Shown: in pieces, positions 39,352 to 48,739 of the stretch | How the letters are laid out: each line of letters opens with the position of its first letter | How positions within the stretch are numbered: position 1 is the stretch's first letter | Source of the DNA: an uncultured delta proteobacterium | Lineage (GTDB): Bacteria; Desulfobacterota; Desulfomonilia; UBA1062 | DNA length: 64,000 nucleotides | Direction: 5' to 3' | NCBI GenBank assembly: GCA_963798485.1 | Contig: CAWCTR010000014.1 | Span: 192,001-256,000 of the forward strand | Translations under genes and position numbers: made by a program | The notes under the pieces: generated by a model | The model's database searches: none | Seen by the model: the letters and a program-made list of their open reading frames with translations, nothing else | What the model was told of the DNA's origin: nothing

Positions 39352-41043
39352 TCACTCCAGGTCAAGCCCCAGCTGCCCCCCGGGGTTCATGATGTTGTTC
39401 GGGTCAAAGTGTCTCTTGAGCGCCCTTAAAACTGCCATTTGCTCCGCTCCGAGATACGCCCCGATCCAAGGTGCGATCATGCGGCCGATACCGTGGTGAT
39501 GACTCAAGGAGCCTCCGCATTTGTCAATATGGTCTATAATCCCTCTTTGAAATGTCCTGAATTCATCAAGGTCATCCATCTTTGCCAGGAAGATAAAGTA
39601 GAGGTTCGTGCCCTGCGGGTAAAAATGGGATGCATGGGTCATACACATAGTATGAGGCCGTGACTTGATGTGTTCCCTTACGCCCTGGTGCACGGCATGC
39701 AGGTTATCCCATTTCACAGAGCACTCCAGCGTATCGATAACAACCCCGAAATCCATGAGGTCTTCCCGCATGTACGGTTCTTTATAGCGGGTATGTTCCC
39801 ATTTTTTCGCAGCATACCCGGTCAGTGAAATAGCCCCGAACTCTTTGCATATCCTCTTTGCCTGCCGTTCGATATTCCTGGTAAAGGTAGCCTCTCCTTC
39901 AGCGCTTCCCAGGCAGAGGCAGCGCTGCATGGGCCTGTACCCCCTGCCTTTGAGAAAGGCATCCACAAACCCGGGCATCCCGTAGAGTTTGAGGCCCCTT
40001 TCGGTCTCCTCAGGATCGGATATGCGAAAGATGGCAGGCATGCCGAATTCACCCTGGCAGATCTCCCTGCCGGCGTTCACGGCCGCCTCCCATGTAGGAA
40101 ACATGAAGCTGAAGCGCCTGGTATTCCCGGGCATAGAGCGGTAAATCTTCATGGTGGCTTCCACCAGTACCCCATAAGTCCCCTCGCTGCCCTTCATGAT
40201 GTCGTTTACCTTGGGTCCTGTTGCGCATGCAGGGAAATCATGAGTCTTGATGGTGCCCACGGGTGTTACGTACTCCTGGCTGATGACCAGGTCATAGGCA
40301 TCCCCATAGTAGGATGATGCCTGGCCTGAACCCAAGGTCACGATCCAGCCGCCCACGGTTGAATACTCAAAAGACTGGGGAAAGTGGCCGCAGGTGTACC
40401 TTTGATTCGTATGGAAGAGCTCCGGGGCCCTATGCAGGGCCTCTTCATAGGCAGGCCCGTATAATCCTGGTTGCACCCTGGCGGTCTGGTTGGCTTCATT
40501 GACTTCGAGAACCTTGTTCATATGGGTGCTCATGACGAGCGAGATACCTCCCTTTTCCGGTCTCACTCCAAAGTTCACCGAGCTGCCGGCCCCGAAGGCA
40601 TAGACAGGTATCCTGTTTTCATTGCAATAGGCAACGATATGCTGCACATCTTCGGCGGTGCGGGGGTGCACCACAAGGTCAGCCACCTGATTGATAATGC
40701 CCTTTCTGAGTTCCATCATCTCCTCGGTAGTTTTTCCCAGCGCGTATTTAACCCTGCTGTAATCGTCGGAGGTCACATTCTCCTTGCCCACAATGGCCTC
40801 AAACCACTCCATATGATGAGCTTCCAGGGCAGCCGGCCTGTTCAGAGCGACACTCCCCAGACCCTGATCTTTTTTGGTTCGGAAGTCCTCATCTTTCATG
40901 GAGAACTCTTCTTTTATCATCTCAAACCACTTTGCGCTCGGATGTTTGAAGATATGAGGGTCACCATATTTGAATATGGATCGGTAAGAACCTTTGGGCG
41001 GGGCAACTTCGGTCCATTTCGGCACGAACTTTTTCCTGATCAT
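39352..41043 (-). CDS. FAD-binding oxidoreductase, alkyl-DHAP synthase-like
   Basis: GHFPQSFEYSTVGGW, GSEG..GV, SH.YPQG, SHHHGIG, DPNNIMNPG. Confidence 0.85.
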   Translation of the reverse strand: MIRKKFVPKWTEVAPPKGSYRSIFKYGDPHIFKHPSAKWFEMIKEEFSMKDEDFRTKKDQGLGSVALNRPAALEAHHMEWFEAIVGKENVTSDDYSRVKYALGKTTEEMMELRKGIINQVADLVVHPRTAEDVQHIVAYCNENRIPVYAFGAGSSVNFGVRPEKGGISLVMSTHMNKVLEVNEANQTARVQPGLYGPAYEEALHRAPELFHTNQRYTCGHFPQSFEYSTVGGWIVTLGSGQASSYYGDAYDLVISQEYVTPVGTIKTHDFPACATGPKVNDIMKGSEGTYGVLVEATMKIYRSMPGNTRRFSFMFPTWEAAVNAGREICQGEFGMPAIFRISDPEETERGLKLYGMPGFVDAFLKGRGYRPMQRCLCLGSAEGEATFTRNIERQAKRICKEFGAISLTGYAAKKWEHTRYKEPYMREDLMDFGVVIDTLECSVKWDNLHAVHQGVREHIKSRPHTMCMTHASHFYPQGTNLYFIFLAKMDDLDEFRTFQRGIIDHIDKCGGSLSHHHGIGRMIAPWIGAYLGAEQMAVLRALKRHFDPNNIMNPGGQLGLDLE

Positions 41044-41059
41044 CTGCTACCTCTGATTT

Positions 41060-42697
41060 TTAATTTACAGGCACCCTGAGTGCCTCGGCCGTTTGGGTAA
41101 GCTCCTGGGCAACCCTTTTATCGTCCCATCCAAGCTCTTTTGCCGCACTGAGGGCAACCTTTTCCAGCACCTCGTTGCCTGGATTGCCCAACGTGGCGAT
41201 ACCGGTCCTGCGCAGCACGATATCGCTTAAGGTGCGCGCCATCTCGTAACGTGCTGCATAGACTGCCTGGGCCAGGATTTCACCGTCTTCATTGAGTACC
41301 TCCGCGAGTTGCCTGTCATGCCGGGCAAGCTCCAGAACCGGCTCGAACTCGTTTCCATAATTCTTGCCCAGGTACTCAAGCGTAGAGGTTTCAAAATCCT
41401 TGTTCTTGTGCTTGATGTCGAGCATAAAGGTCTTCATGTCCATGATCTGAGAGCCCCAGAGATAGCGCTTTGCCGTGGGCGACGACGTGTGCCTTCTTCC
41501 CAGCTTCTTCTCAGCCAGGTCGACGGCCTTCTCTGCCAGGTTCCTGCTGGTGGTGAATTTGCCGCCTTCAACGGTGATAAGGCCTTGCAGACCATCAATA
41601 GTATTGTCATGGATCTCATACCTGCGGGATGCACCGTACGTGTCTGCCGAATCATCCTCCACCAGCGGCCTGAGCCCGCCATAGGTGTGCAGGACATCAT
41701 CATAACTGAGTATATCACTGCCCAGGGTGGTATTTACATCCTCGATGAGCCCCTGGATGCTTTCCCTGGTCACGCGGTATTCATCCGGGTTGCCGATAAA
41801 CGGCTGGTCTGTCGTCCCGATAAGGTTGTGACCCCTCCAGGGTATCATGAAGAAGTGCCTGCCCTCTTTGGTCATGTAACTCACCACATGTGCATTTACG
41901 AACTTTTTGGTAATGATGTGGATACCCTCTGACCTCTTCAATATACCGGAAGAATTCCCCGGTTTCGCCAGGCCAAGAAGGATATCCGCCCATGGGCCTG
42001 CGCAGTTGATGATTAAGCTTGCCTTCAGTTCACTGGCAGATCCTCTCAAGAGGTCATATACCTTCACGCCTTCGACCTTTCCGGTGCTGTTTGTGATGAA
42101 CCCGTCAACCCTGGCGTAGTTGGCCACTTGGGCCTCATGGTGTACGGCTGATTTTATGAAGGCCAGGGTAAGCCGCTCCGGGAAGATGTTGGAACAGTCA
42201 TAGAAAACAGAGGCGCCCTTCATCCCCTGGGCAAAGATACCCGGCTCAAGCACAAGGGCCTCGGATGCGCTTATCTTCCTGTGGGAAGGGATCTTCTTGC
42301 TCTTGTCCCATGTACGATTTCTGTCGTAGGAAAGGGCATCATAGATCCTGAGCCCTATCCCGATCTCAAGGGAATTATTCTTGGGGCAGACCGTGTCATG
42401 CACCATCATCATGGGTATGGGGTAGACAAAATTAGGGGCAATATTCTCTAATGTCCTGCGCTCCTTGAGCGATTCCCTTACAAGGCCGAACTCTGCATTG
42501 GCCAGGTAGCGCAGCCCGCCGTGGATAAGCTTGGATGTTGCCGCCGATGTGGCGCAGGCAAAATCCTTCTTCTCCACAAGGGCTGTCTTCAGGCCCCTGC
42601 TTGCCGCCTCATAGGCCACTGCGGCGCCGGTAATGCCGCCGCCGATAATGATAATGTCGTGATCATGGTTCAAGGGCTCTTCGATGAACCTCTTCAT
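41060..42697 (-). CDS. glpD: FAD-dependent glycerol-3-phosphate dehydrogenase/oxidase
   Basis: IGGGITG, TSKLIHGGLRYL, GTTD, GLRPL, GGKFTT.R. Confidence 0.88.
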   Translation of the reverse strand: MKRFIEEPLNHDHDIIIIGGGITGAAVAYEAASRGLKTALVEKKDFACATSAATSKLIHGGLRYLANAEFGLVRESLKERRTLENIAPNFVYPIPMMMVHDTVCPKNNSLEIGIGLRIYDALSYDRNRTWDKSKKIPSHRKISASEALVLEPGIFAQGMKGASVFYDCSNIFPERLTLAFIKSAVHHEAQVANYARVDGFITNSTGKVEGVKVYDLLRGSASELKASLIINCAGPWADILLGLAKPGNSSGILKRSEGIHIITKKFVNAHVVSYMTKEGRHFFMIPWRGHNLIGTTDQPFIGNPDEYRVTRESIQGLIEDVNTTLGSDILSYDDVLHTYGGLRPLVEDDSADTYGASRRYEIHDNTIDGLQGLITVEGGKFTTSRNLAEKAVDLAEKKLGRRHTSSPTAKRYLWGSQIMDMKTFMLDIKHKNKDFETSTLEYLGKNYGNEFEPVLELARHDRQLAEVLNEDGEILAQAVYAARYEMARTLSDIVLRRTGIATLGNPGNEVLEKVALSAAKELGWDDKRVAQELTQTAEALRVPVN

Positions 42698-43428
42698 ACG
42701 CCCTCCCCCTTTTCATTCGAGGTCAGTATATACGCACGGATGGCCTGTTCGGCATAAATGAGCACATCAAGCATGACCTGCTTCGACCGCTCGGGGTCGG
42801 CGTTCTTGATAGACTCATAGATCTCCCTATGGAAGCGTTCCGACCGAACAGCATTGTCCGGGTTATCGAAATAGAGATGCCCGAAATCCACAAAGAAGCT
42901 GTTGAAAAAATTCAGTAGTATAAGATACAGGATATTGCCGCTGGCCAGTGCAATGGTGTGGTGGACCAACATGTCCCTGTGCATTACCGTGGACTTCCGG
43001 CTGTGAAACACAACCTCTTCCAGTGTCTTTATGTGGTCTTCAGACCTCTTCAGCGCCGCAATGGATGCCATCTCAGGGACGAGGATGCGCCTGACTTCAA
43101 GCAGGGTCATGAGGATGTCCTTGTCAAGGGTGTCATCGAGGTAAAACAGGGCATTGATGAGTTCGAGATTCGGGCTCTTCAGATAATTTTTCACATATAC
43201 CCCGTCACCGTGTCTGATCTCGATGACATCGAGCGACTCCAGCTTCTTGAGTGCCTCGCGCACGGTAGAACGGTTGACCTCCAAGGTCAGCGCCAGGTTT
43301 CTCTCGGTGGGAAGCTTTCCCCCCACCTTCATCTCTCCCTTGATAATCTTCTTCAGGAGCAGTGCTGCGATCTTTTCATAGAGCCTGCTCCTGCTAAGCA
43401 GCCTCAATCGTGATGCCGGCATGTTCAT
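42694..43428 (-). CDS. FadR/GntR-family transcriptional regulator
   Basis: LPTER.LA..L.VNRSTVREAL wHTH plus FCD domain. Confidence 0.92.
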   Translation of the reverse strand: MNMPASRLRLLSRSRLYEKIAALLLKKIIKGEMKVGGKLPTERNLALTLEVNRSTVREALKKLESLDVIEIRHGDGVYVKNYLKSPNLELINALFYLDDTLDKDILMTLLEVRRILVPEMASIAALKRSEDHIKTLEEVVFHSRKSTVMHRDMLVHHTIALASGNILYLILLNFFNSFFVDFGHLYFDNPDNAVRSERFHREIYESIKNADPERSKQVMLDVLIYAEQAIRAYILTSNEKGEGV

Positions 43429-43442
43429 GGCTGTTCTCCTGG

Positions 43443-43469
43443 TTATTGGTCGGGTGGTCCGACCAATAA
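43443..43469. promoter_or_regulatory. FadR-type operator
   Basis: TTATTGGTCGG-N5-CCGACCAATAA inverted repeat containing TGGTCCGACCA, about 15 bp upstream of the GntR start. Confidence 0.7.
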
Positions 43470-43619
43470 AGTGCTATATTATATCTTTCCTGTCAAGAGA
43501 TATTTTACGTAAGAAGGCAATTCGGGGAAGCTTATTACTTCTCCCACCCGCAGTGGTTCAAGGATGGCCACCCATGATGCTGCGTTGGAATCCGGTCATT
43601 TGCCTATAATTAACCGCGA

Positions 43620-44057
43620 TTATTCCAGAGTATAATCTATACTGTAGACATCGGATTTAGCGCCACTCGCATCCACAGCCTGAAGATCCATCCTGTACTT
43701 CCCTGGGGTTCCTGATAATGTAATCGGGCCAAGATCAGAATAACTCGGAGTGTCATTTCCTTGACCTTGTGCAGGTAAGGTGATCTCAAATGGGCCTCCA
43801 CCTTCAACAGGTGTCTCTGAACTAGCTGGAAATTCAGTTACCAAAAGAGTTGTCATACTTCCTTCATCTTTGGCACTCATTGTGAAAGTTACCTGATCGC
43901 CAGCTGTATATGCAGTAGCAAGAACATCACTATTGCCCATTGAAGCTTCAGTGATAGTAGGGATAAACCCTACACCCGGATGCCCCTTTCCTCCACTACA
44001 GCCATAAGCCATAAAGATAACACATAGTCCCACTATTGAGAGCTTAATATTTCTCAT
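43620..44057 (-). CDS. Hypothetical lipoprotein
   Basis: Lipobox AYGC; GAGG RBS; AT-rich upstream region. Confidence 0.7.
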   Translation of the reverse strand: MRNIKLSIVGLCVIFMAYGCSGGKGHPGVGFIPTITEASMGNSDVLATAYTAGDQVTFTMSAKDEGSMTTLLVTEFPASSETPVEGGGPFEITLPAQGQGNDTPSYSDLGPITLSGTPGKYRMDLQAVDASGAKSDVYSIDYTLE

Positions 44058-44247
44058 AACACCTCACTTAGTTATAGAAATAATTCTGATTAAATTTCAA
44101 TTTTAACAGTTATTCATTATTATATATAATTATGTCATCGTTATTTATCATATCATTTTTGTGAGTCAAGCGCATTAGCTATTAGTTGTCGAAGAATTCA
44201 AAAATGCCTCTGGAGAACGCCATAGGAAAAATCCTATCTATACTTGC

Positions 44248-44790
44248 TTACCCGTTCAGTTCCTCGATCCCTTCCTTGATGTTGTCTCTGATCAGGTTCA
44301 GGACCTCCATGTTGTTCAAGGGTACGTCGCCGAGGCCTTCCCGGAGTTCCCGGGTATCAAGGGTATAGGCATTCCCGTTCTTCTTGTGAGTGTATACGAT
44401 ATCAACATCGGGGTTCCCGAGGATAAGCATGGTAATGACGCCTGCAATGTCGCCCAGGGGTTGCCTGTCGATATGGGAGTGCTTGAATTCGGCATAAACA
44501 ACTGTTCCCTTGCCGATCTCCGAGGTGAGGGCAAACCTGCCTTGGGCCGTATATGTAGCCTGTTTGAGCATGGGCAGTCCAAGCCCGATGCGCCTGACCT
44601 TCTTGGTGGTGTAAAACGGGTCCAGGGCCTTCTCAATGGTCTGCTCATTCATGCCGTGGCCGTTGTCCTTGATCTCCAGGGAGAACATGTCCCTAGTAAG
44701 GTCTTCCTCGATGGTTATCTCGATAAGGCTCGCCTCGGCCCTCGATGAGTTCTCTGCTATGTCGAGTACGTGCAGTGCCAGTTCAAGCAT
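44248..44790 (-). CDS. Stand-alone HATPase_c protein
   Basis: DIAENS, DNGHGM, PFYTTK, GLGL; no HisKA domain. Confidence 0.85.
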   Translation of the reverse strand: MLELALHVLDIAENSSRAEASLIEITIEEDLTRDMFSLEIKDNGHGMNEQTIEKALDPFYTTKKVRRIGLGLPMLKQATYTAQGRFALTSEIGKGTVVYAEFKHSHIDRQPLGDIAGVITMLILGNPDVDIVYTHKKNGNAYTLDTRELREGLGDVPLNNMEVLNLIRDNIKEGIEELNG

Positions 44791-44793
44791 GAT

Positions 44794-45531
44794 CTACTCC
44801 AGGACATACCGGCCCATCTGCCTTGAGATCGCCAGAGCGATTTCCGGCAAGGCAGGGCTTTCCAGAAACATGCGCGTGCATGCCTTGCCGATATCCGCTA
44901 CGTAATGGGCATCCGATGAGGTTATGAGCTGATACCCCTTCAGCTCCGGGTATCGCTGCCGCGCCTCACGAATCCCCAGATTTGCAGATACCTCCAGTGC
45001 GTCAAAGGGGACATCCGGCGGGACAAACCCGAGCTGGCCGATTATGCCGAATGCTTGCCTGTCGATATGCGATGCTATTGCCAGCCCGTTAAGTGAGTGT
45101 ATCAGGTCAACCGCCTCGTTCAACGAGATGTCCGCGGCACCGATAAGAAGGCGTTCGTTGAAGCCTTCCACCTCGCCTGCCTCATTGACAATGGCCTGGA
45201 TGCCGAAGGCGTCTTCGTCGTTCTTGCCGGAAAGTTTTGCATACACGGCTTCCTGCAAAGAATAGAGCTCATGCAGGTGCTTGAACAGGGCGACAATGTG
45301 GACCTCCTCGCGGGTGGCCAGTTCCATGCCCGGGATGACCACCAGGTCGGTACCGAGCGCTGCCTTGAGAACGTACTGTACGTTTTCCGATGAGTTATGG
45401 TCGCAGATGGCGATCATATCAAGCCCCTGGGCAATGCATTCGTTCACGACAGATGCAGGATGCATATCGAGCTCGGCGCAGGGTGAAAGGCAGGTGTGCA
45501 TGTGAAGGCTGCAGCGGTATACCCTACCCAT
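44794..45531 (-). CDS. PHP-domain phosphoesterase
   Basis: LHMHTCLSPC, CDHNS, SHIDR, SSDAH. Confidence 0.88.
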   Translation of the reverse strand: MGRVYRCSLHMHTCLSPCAELDMHPASVVNECIAQGLDMIAICDHNSSENVQYVLKAALGTDLVVIPGMELATREEVHIVALFKHLHELYSLQEAVYAKLSGKNDEDAFGIQAIVNEAGEVEGFNERLLIGAADISLNEAVDLIHSLNGLAIASHIDRQAFGIIGQLGFVPPDVPFDALEVSANLGIREARQRYPELKGYQLITSSDAHYVADIGKACTRMFLESPALPEIALAISRQMGRYVLE

Positions 45532-45561
45532 GGCTTCAGGCCTGTTTCAGGTTGCAGACCT

Positions 45562-45909
45562 TCACGCCTGTTCCTGGTGCAGGATCTGGTAAAGTCTGCC
45601 CACTACCTCGAATTCGTTCATGTCGGCCACAAGGATGGGGATGCCCTCCTTGGCGGCCTTATCGAGGGTCTCGTTGCCGGGCGTAGCCCCCTGTACGACA
45701 ATGATGGCCGCGTGTTCCTTCAGGGAAGCTACGGCCACGATATTCTGGTGCACCTGCCTTGTCACCCAAACATTCCCGGCAGTACTGTTGGCCATGACAT
45801 CGCTCAACAGGTCACCTGCATAACCCCCGGAGATCTCCCGTGAAAGGTTCTCCCAACAGCATTTGCACTTCAAAGAAAGCCTTTCAGAAATGTTTTCCAG
45901 CGTAATCAT
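45562..45909 (-). CDS. DRTGG-domain protein
   Basis: GYAGDLLSDVM, VWVT.Q.H.NIVAVA. Confidence 0.82.
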   Translation of the reverse strand: MITLENISERLSLKCKCCWENLSREISGGYAGDLLSDVMANSTAGNVWVTRQVHQNIVAVASLKEHAAIIVVQGATPGNETLDKAAKEGIPILVADMNEFEVVGRLYQILHQEQA

Positions 45910-45910
45910 C

Positions 45911-46369
45911 TTAAGATTCCTCTCTCTGTACTCTTCCATTTATCATGATAACGCACTTCACACTGGTGCCTTTGCCGGGTTCAGAGGTGAGCTCGAAAAC
46001 ATCGGATGACCTCTTGATGTTCGCAAGCCCCATGCCCGCCCCGAAACCCATCTCGCGGATGGCATCATCAGCTGTTGAGTAGCCTTCCTGCATGGCCAGT
46101 TCGATATCAACAATCCCCGGGCCGACATCAATGGCCTCGATGATGATGGACTCCGGCAGGACATAATAGCTGATAGTGCCTTGCGTCGCATATGAGATAA
46201 TGTTCACTTCAGCCTCGAAGGTGAGTACAGCCACCCTTCTGATGACGTCCTCGTCAACTCCCATTGCTTTTAAACTTTTCTTGATCTGGCTCGACACCAG
46301 CCCGGCATCGACAAAGTCTCTGCCCTGGATCTCGTATCTGCCCTCAAGGTAGTTTTCGTTATCTTTCAT
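45911..46369 (-). CDS. Anti-sigma regulatory factor / RsbT-like Ser/Thr kinase
   Basis: EAEVNI, DVGPGI.DIELAMQEGYST, GFGAGMGL.NI. Confidence 0.87.
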   Translation of the reverse strand: MKDNENYLEGRYEIQGRDFVDAGLVSSQIKKSLKAMGVDEDVIRRVAVLTFEAEVNIISYATQGTISYYVLPESIIIEAIDVGPGIVDIELAMQEGYSTADDAIREMGFGAGMGLANIKRSSDVFELTSEPGKGTSVKCVIMINGRVQREES

Positions 46370-46757
46370 GTGCACTTATGTTGTCCTGGTCGAATATCTC
46401 TCTCACACACCCTGTCAGGCCTTCACGGTATAATCTGCCGCAGGCCTCAAACATAATGAACGGGGTCCACAGTACGGGGATGCCAAGCTCGCTCGCGATC
46501 TCCACAAACTTGTCATTCAACGCTTTGCCCCTGCATATCACGATGGCCGCTATATCAAGGGCATAGGCGGTCCTGATGGCCTGCACATTCGACAGCCCGG
46601 TAATAAGCAGACAACCGGAACGGGCAAAGGCCAGCACGTCACTCATAAGGTCTGCCCCGAAGGCTGTGCGGACAACAGTTTCGAGCTTTTCGTCACCTAC
46701 AACTATCTTCGCTTCAAGCAAATCCCTTACCTCGGCTAGCGTCACAGTGTTCTCCAT
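46359..46757 (-). CDS. DRTGG-domain protein
   Basis: GADLMSDVL, LLITGL.N.Q..RTA, MFEACGRLY. Confidence 0.82.
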   Translation of the reverse strand: MENTVTLAEVRDLLEAKIVVGDEKLETVVRTAFGADLMSDVLAFARSGCLLITGLSNVQAIRTAYALDIAAIVICRGKALNDKFVEIASELGIPVLWTPFIMFEACGRLYREGLTGCVREIFDQDNISAHER

Positions 46758-46805
46758 CGCCTCCTAAAAATTGTTATAGAATTAATCTCAATTGCCGCTG
46801 TCTGT

Positions 46806-47453
46806 TTACGCAACCAGATAGTTATTCAGATCCAGTCCGGCAAGCTGGGGCAGTGCCTTTATCTTCTTGGTTTCAGTGATGCCGTTTACACTGGTGATAA
46901 TGAGGCGACCATTACCCTTGCCCAAGGCATTCATAAAATCATAGATGGCGCCCACAACCGTAAGCCTTCCCTCATCTATGAGTGCTTTGTAGCGTTTCAT
47001 GGCCGAAGATACCTGGTGATCTACATTCTTCTTGATGTTCTTCAAAAGCTCTTCATCAAAGATCTCACATCCGGAGTTACCAAGGCACGCCTTCAAGTTG
47101 TCGAGCTCATATTTTATGGCATCATTCTCTTTTTCGTATCCCTTCATAAAGGCCCTGATAGCCCCGCAATCGGTATGTCCCATGATGAGCAGGACCGGCG
47201 TGTGGAGGTGCAGAACCCCGTAATCTACGGAGCCCTGGGCCGATGCCATCTGGTTGCCGATGGTTTCGATGGTGAAGATCTTGTCAATAGGATCGGGTTC
47301 TATGGCTCTATGCTGCACCCTTGAATCGCAGCAGGCGACCAGCGTGACCTTAGGGTGGTGGGCTGCCATGTGCGGCCTGAAGTATGCCTCGCTGTGGGAA
47401 GCGACGAACGAATCGTTATTCTCAATGATGCCCCTGATAATCTCGCCGACCAC
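46806..47453 (-). CDS. Beta-class carbonic anhydrase
   Basis: CCDSR and GHTDCGA zinc ligands. Confidence 0.9.
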   Translation of the reverse strand: MVGEIIRGIIENNDSFVASHSEAYFRPHMAAHHPKVTLVACCDSRVQHRAIEPDPIDKIFTIETIGNQMASAQGSVDYGVLHLHTPVLLIMGHTDCGAIRAFMKGYEKENDAIKYELDNLKACLGNSGCEIFDEELLKNIKKNVDHQVSSAMKRYKALIDEGRLTVVGAIYDFMNALGKGNGRLIITSVNGITETKKIKALPQLAGLDLNNYLVA

Positions 47454-47568
47454 TTCTACCCCCTTGATAGTGCGCTATATCCCTACGTTTATGGAGGAAA
47501 TCGTTCCTGTTGTAAAGTGGTTTCTCTCCTGGCCCTGCCTGCTTCCACTTGACAATAAACTTCCCGTT

Positions 47569-48537
47569 TCAATTGGGGGCATGTCTTTTCAAGAACGCCA
47601 TCTTCTTTTCATTTATCTCTGCTGCAACATCTGACAGGGCCAGGATATGAAATCCTCCTTCCACGATATGGATCTCGGCATTGGGTATCGATCCGGCTGC
47701 ATTTTGTGCATGATTAAGGGGTACGTCAAGATCATCGGTCCCATGGATTACCAATGCAGGGACGGCTACGTGTTCAAAGGGAAGGTTTTCTACCTTTATA
47801 AGCTGCCTCATATCGTTGTTCAGGCCCTTTGTCCGTAGTCTTGGAGGACTCATGCTCCTGATCAGGTCCATAAGTATCTTAAGGCGCTGCTCGTCTTTCA
47901 TGATTGCCCTCATGAGATTCATCACCTCCTCCTCACCTAGAGAGCTTTCCATCTCGGCCGTGGCCCAACCCACAAGCATTGGGGCATGATGCGCAATGAC
48001 ATCCGCCAGCCAGAGGGAAGGCCCGTTGAACATGAGGTGCCCGAAAAAGATGTTTTCACCAATGTTGTTATGATTTATCTCATATCTTTGGCTGACAGCG
48101 GATTCGAGGATTAATGCCCAGACCCGTTCAGGATAACGTGCGGCAAAATGGAGTGCAGAGGGGCCGCCTGCTGAATATGCAATGATTGCAGATCGATCTA
48201 TACCAAGTGCATCGAGAAGGGAGACAAAGGCATCGGCCTGCTCCTCAAATGTCCTTCCACTGTTCAAGGGGGTGCGGATATAACCCGGACGTGACCAGCT
48301 CAGTATGCGGTACCCCTTCCCGAACAGGTCGCTGAAAAGTGCCTCGGTCTGGTCATACCCGCCCGGCGCACCATGCATAACGGCAACAAAGGGGCCGCTT
48401 TCCCCATGGATGGTATATTCTATAAGTCCTTTATCGGTTTCAATCACCGTGCTGCCGGCTTTGAGCTCGGCAACGAGGTCTCTCTTCCAGCGGATATACG
48501 GACCATATTTTTCCCTTGCCCTTCTCAAGATGTTCAT
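47569..48537 (-). CDS. Alpha/beta hydrolase (paralog A)
   Basis: MHG.PGGYDQ, SRPGY, YSAGG, HGTDD.DVP, GFH. Confidence 0.88.
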   Translation of the reverse strand: MNILRRAREKYGPYIRWKRDLVAELKAGSTVIETDKGLIEYTIHGESGPFVAVMHGAPGGYDQTEALFSDLFGKGYRILSWSRPGYIRTPLNSGRTFEEQADAFVSLLDALGIDRSAIIAYSAGGPSALHFAARYPERVWALILESAVSQRYEINHNNIGENIFFGHLMFNGPSLWLADVIAHHAPMLVGWATAEMESSLGEEEVMNLMRAIMKDEQRLKILMDLIRSMSPPRLRTKGLNNDMRQLIKVENLPFEHVAVPALVIHGTDDLDVPLNHAQNAAGSIPNAEIHIVEGGFHILALSDVAAEINEKKMAFLKRHAPN

Positions 48538-48624
48538 GCCCCGATTATACCACTTTCAAGCAGGAAAAGAGAAATATCATTATCATATAACCTTTTCAAA
48601 ACATCCATGCAGGCAACCGGGGTA

Positions 48625-48654
48625 TTGACAGACACGTGGAAAGTGCTCTATAGA
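48625..48654 (+). promoter_or_regulatory. Putative sigma70 promoter for riboswitch 1 operon
   Basis: TTGACA at 48625, TATAGA 18 bp downstream. Confidence 0.45.
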
Positions 48655-48668
48655 GCATCCATAATTCC

Positions 48669-48716
48669 GGGGAAGGAGTCCCCCCTGTAACCGCCAGGCA
48701 GGCTGATGACTCCTAT
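48669..48716 (+). ncRNA. Fluoride riboswitch (crcB motif), copy 1
   Basis: GGGGAAGGAGTCCCC...AACCGCC..GGCTGATGACTCCTA; pseudoknot GGAGT/ACTCC; GAAGG in place of the usual GATGG. Confidence 0.82.
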
Positions 48717-48739
48717 CAGAGCAATCTGAAGGAGCGTAT

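Noticed and set aside
47569-48537. Flanking hydrolases as fluoroacetate dehalogenases
   Set aside because: The nucleophile elbow is YSAGG (Ser), not the Asp-based GHDRG of fluoroacetate dehalogenases.
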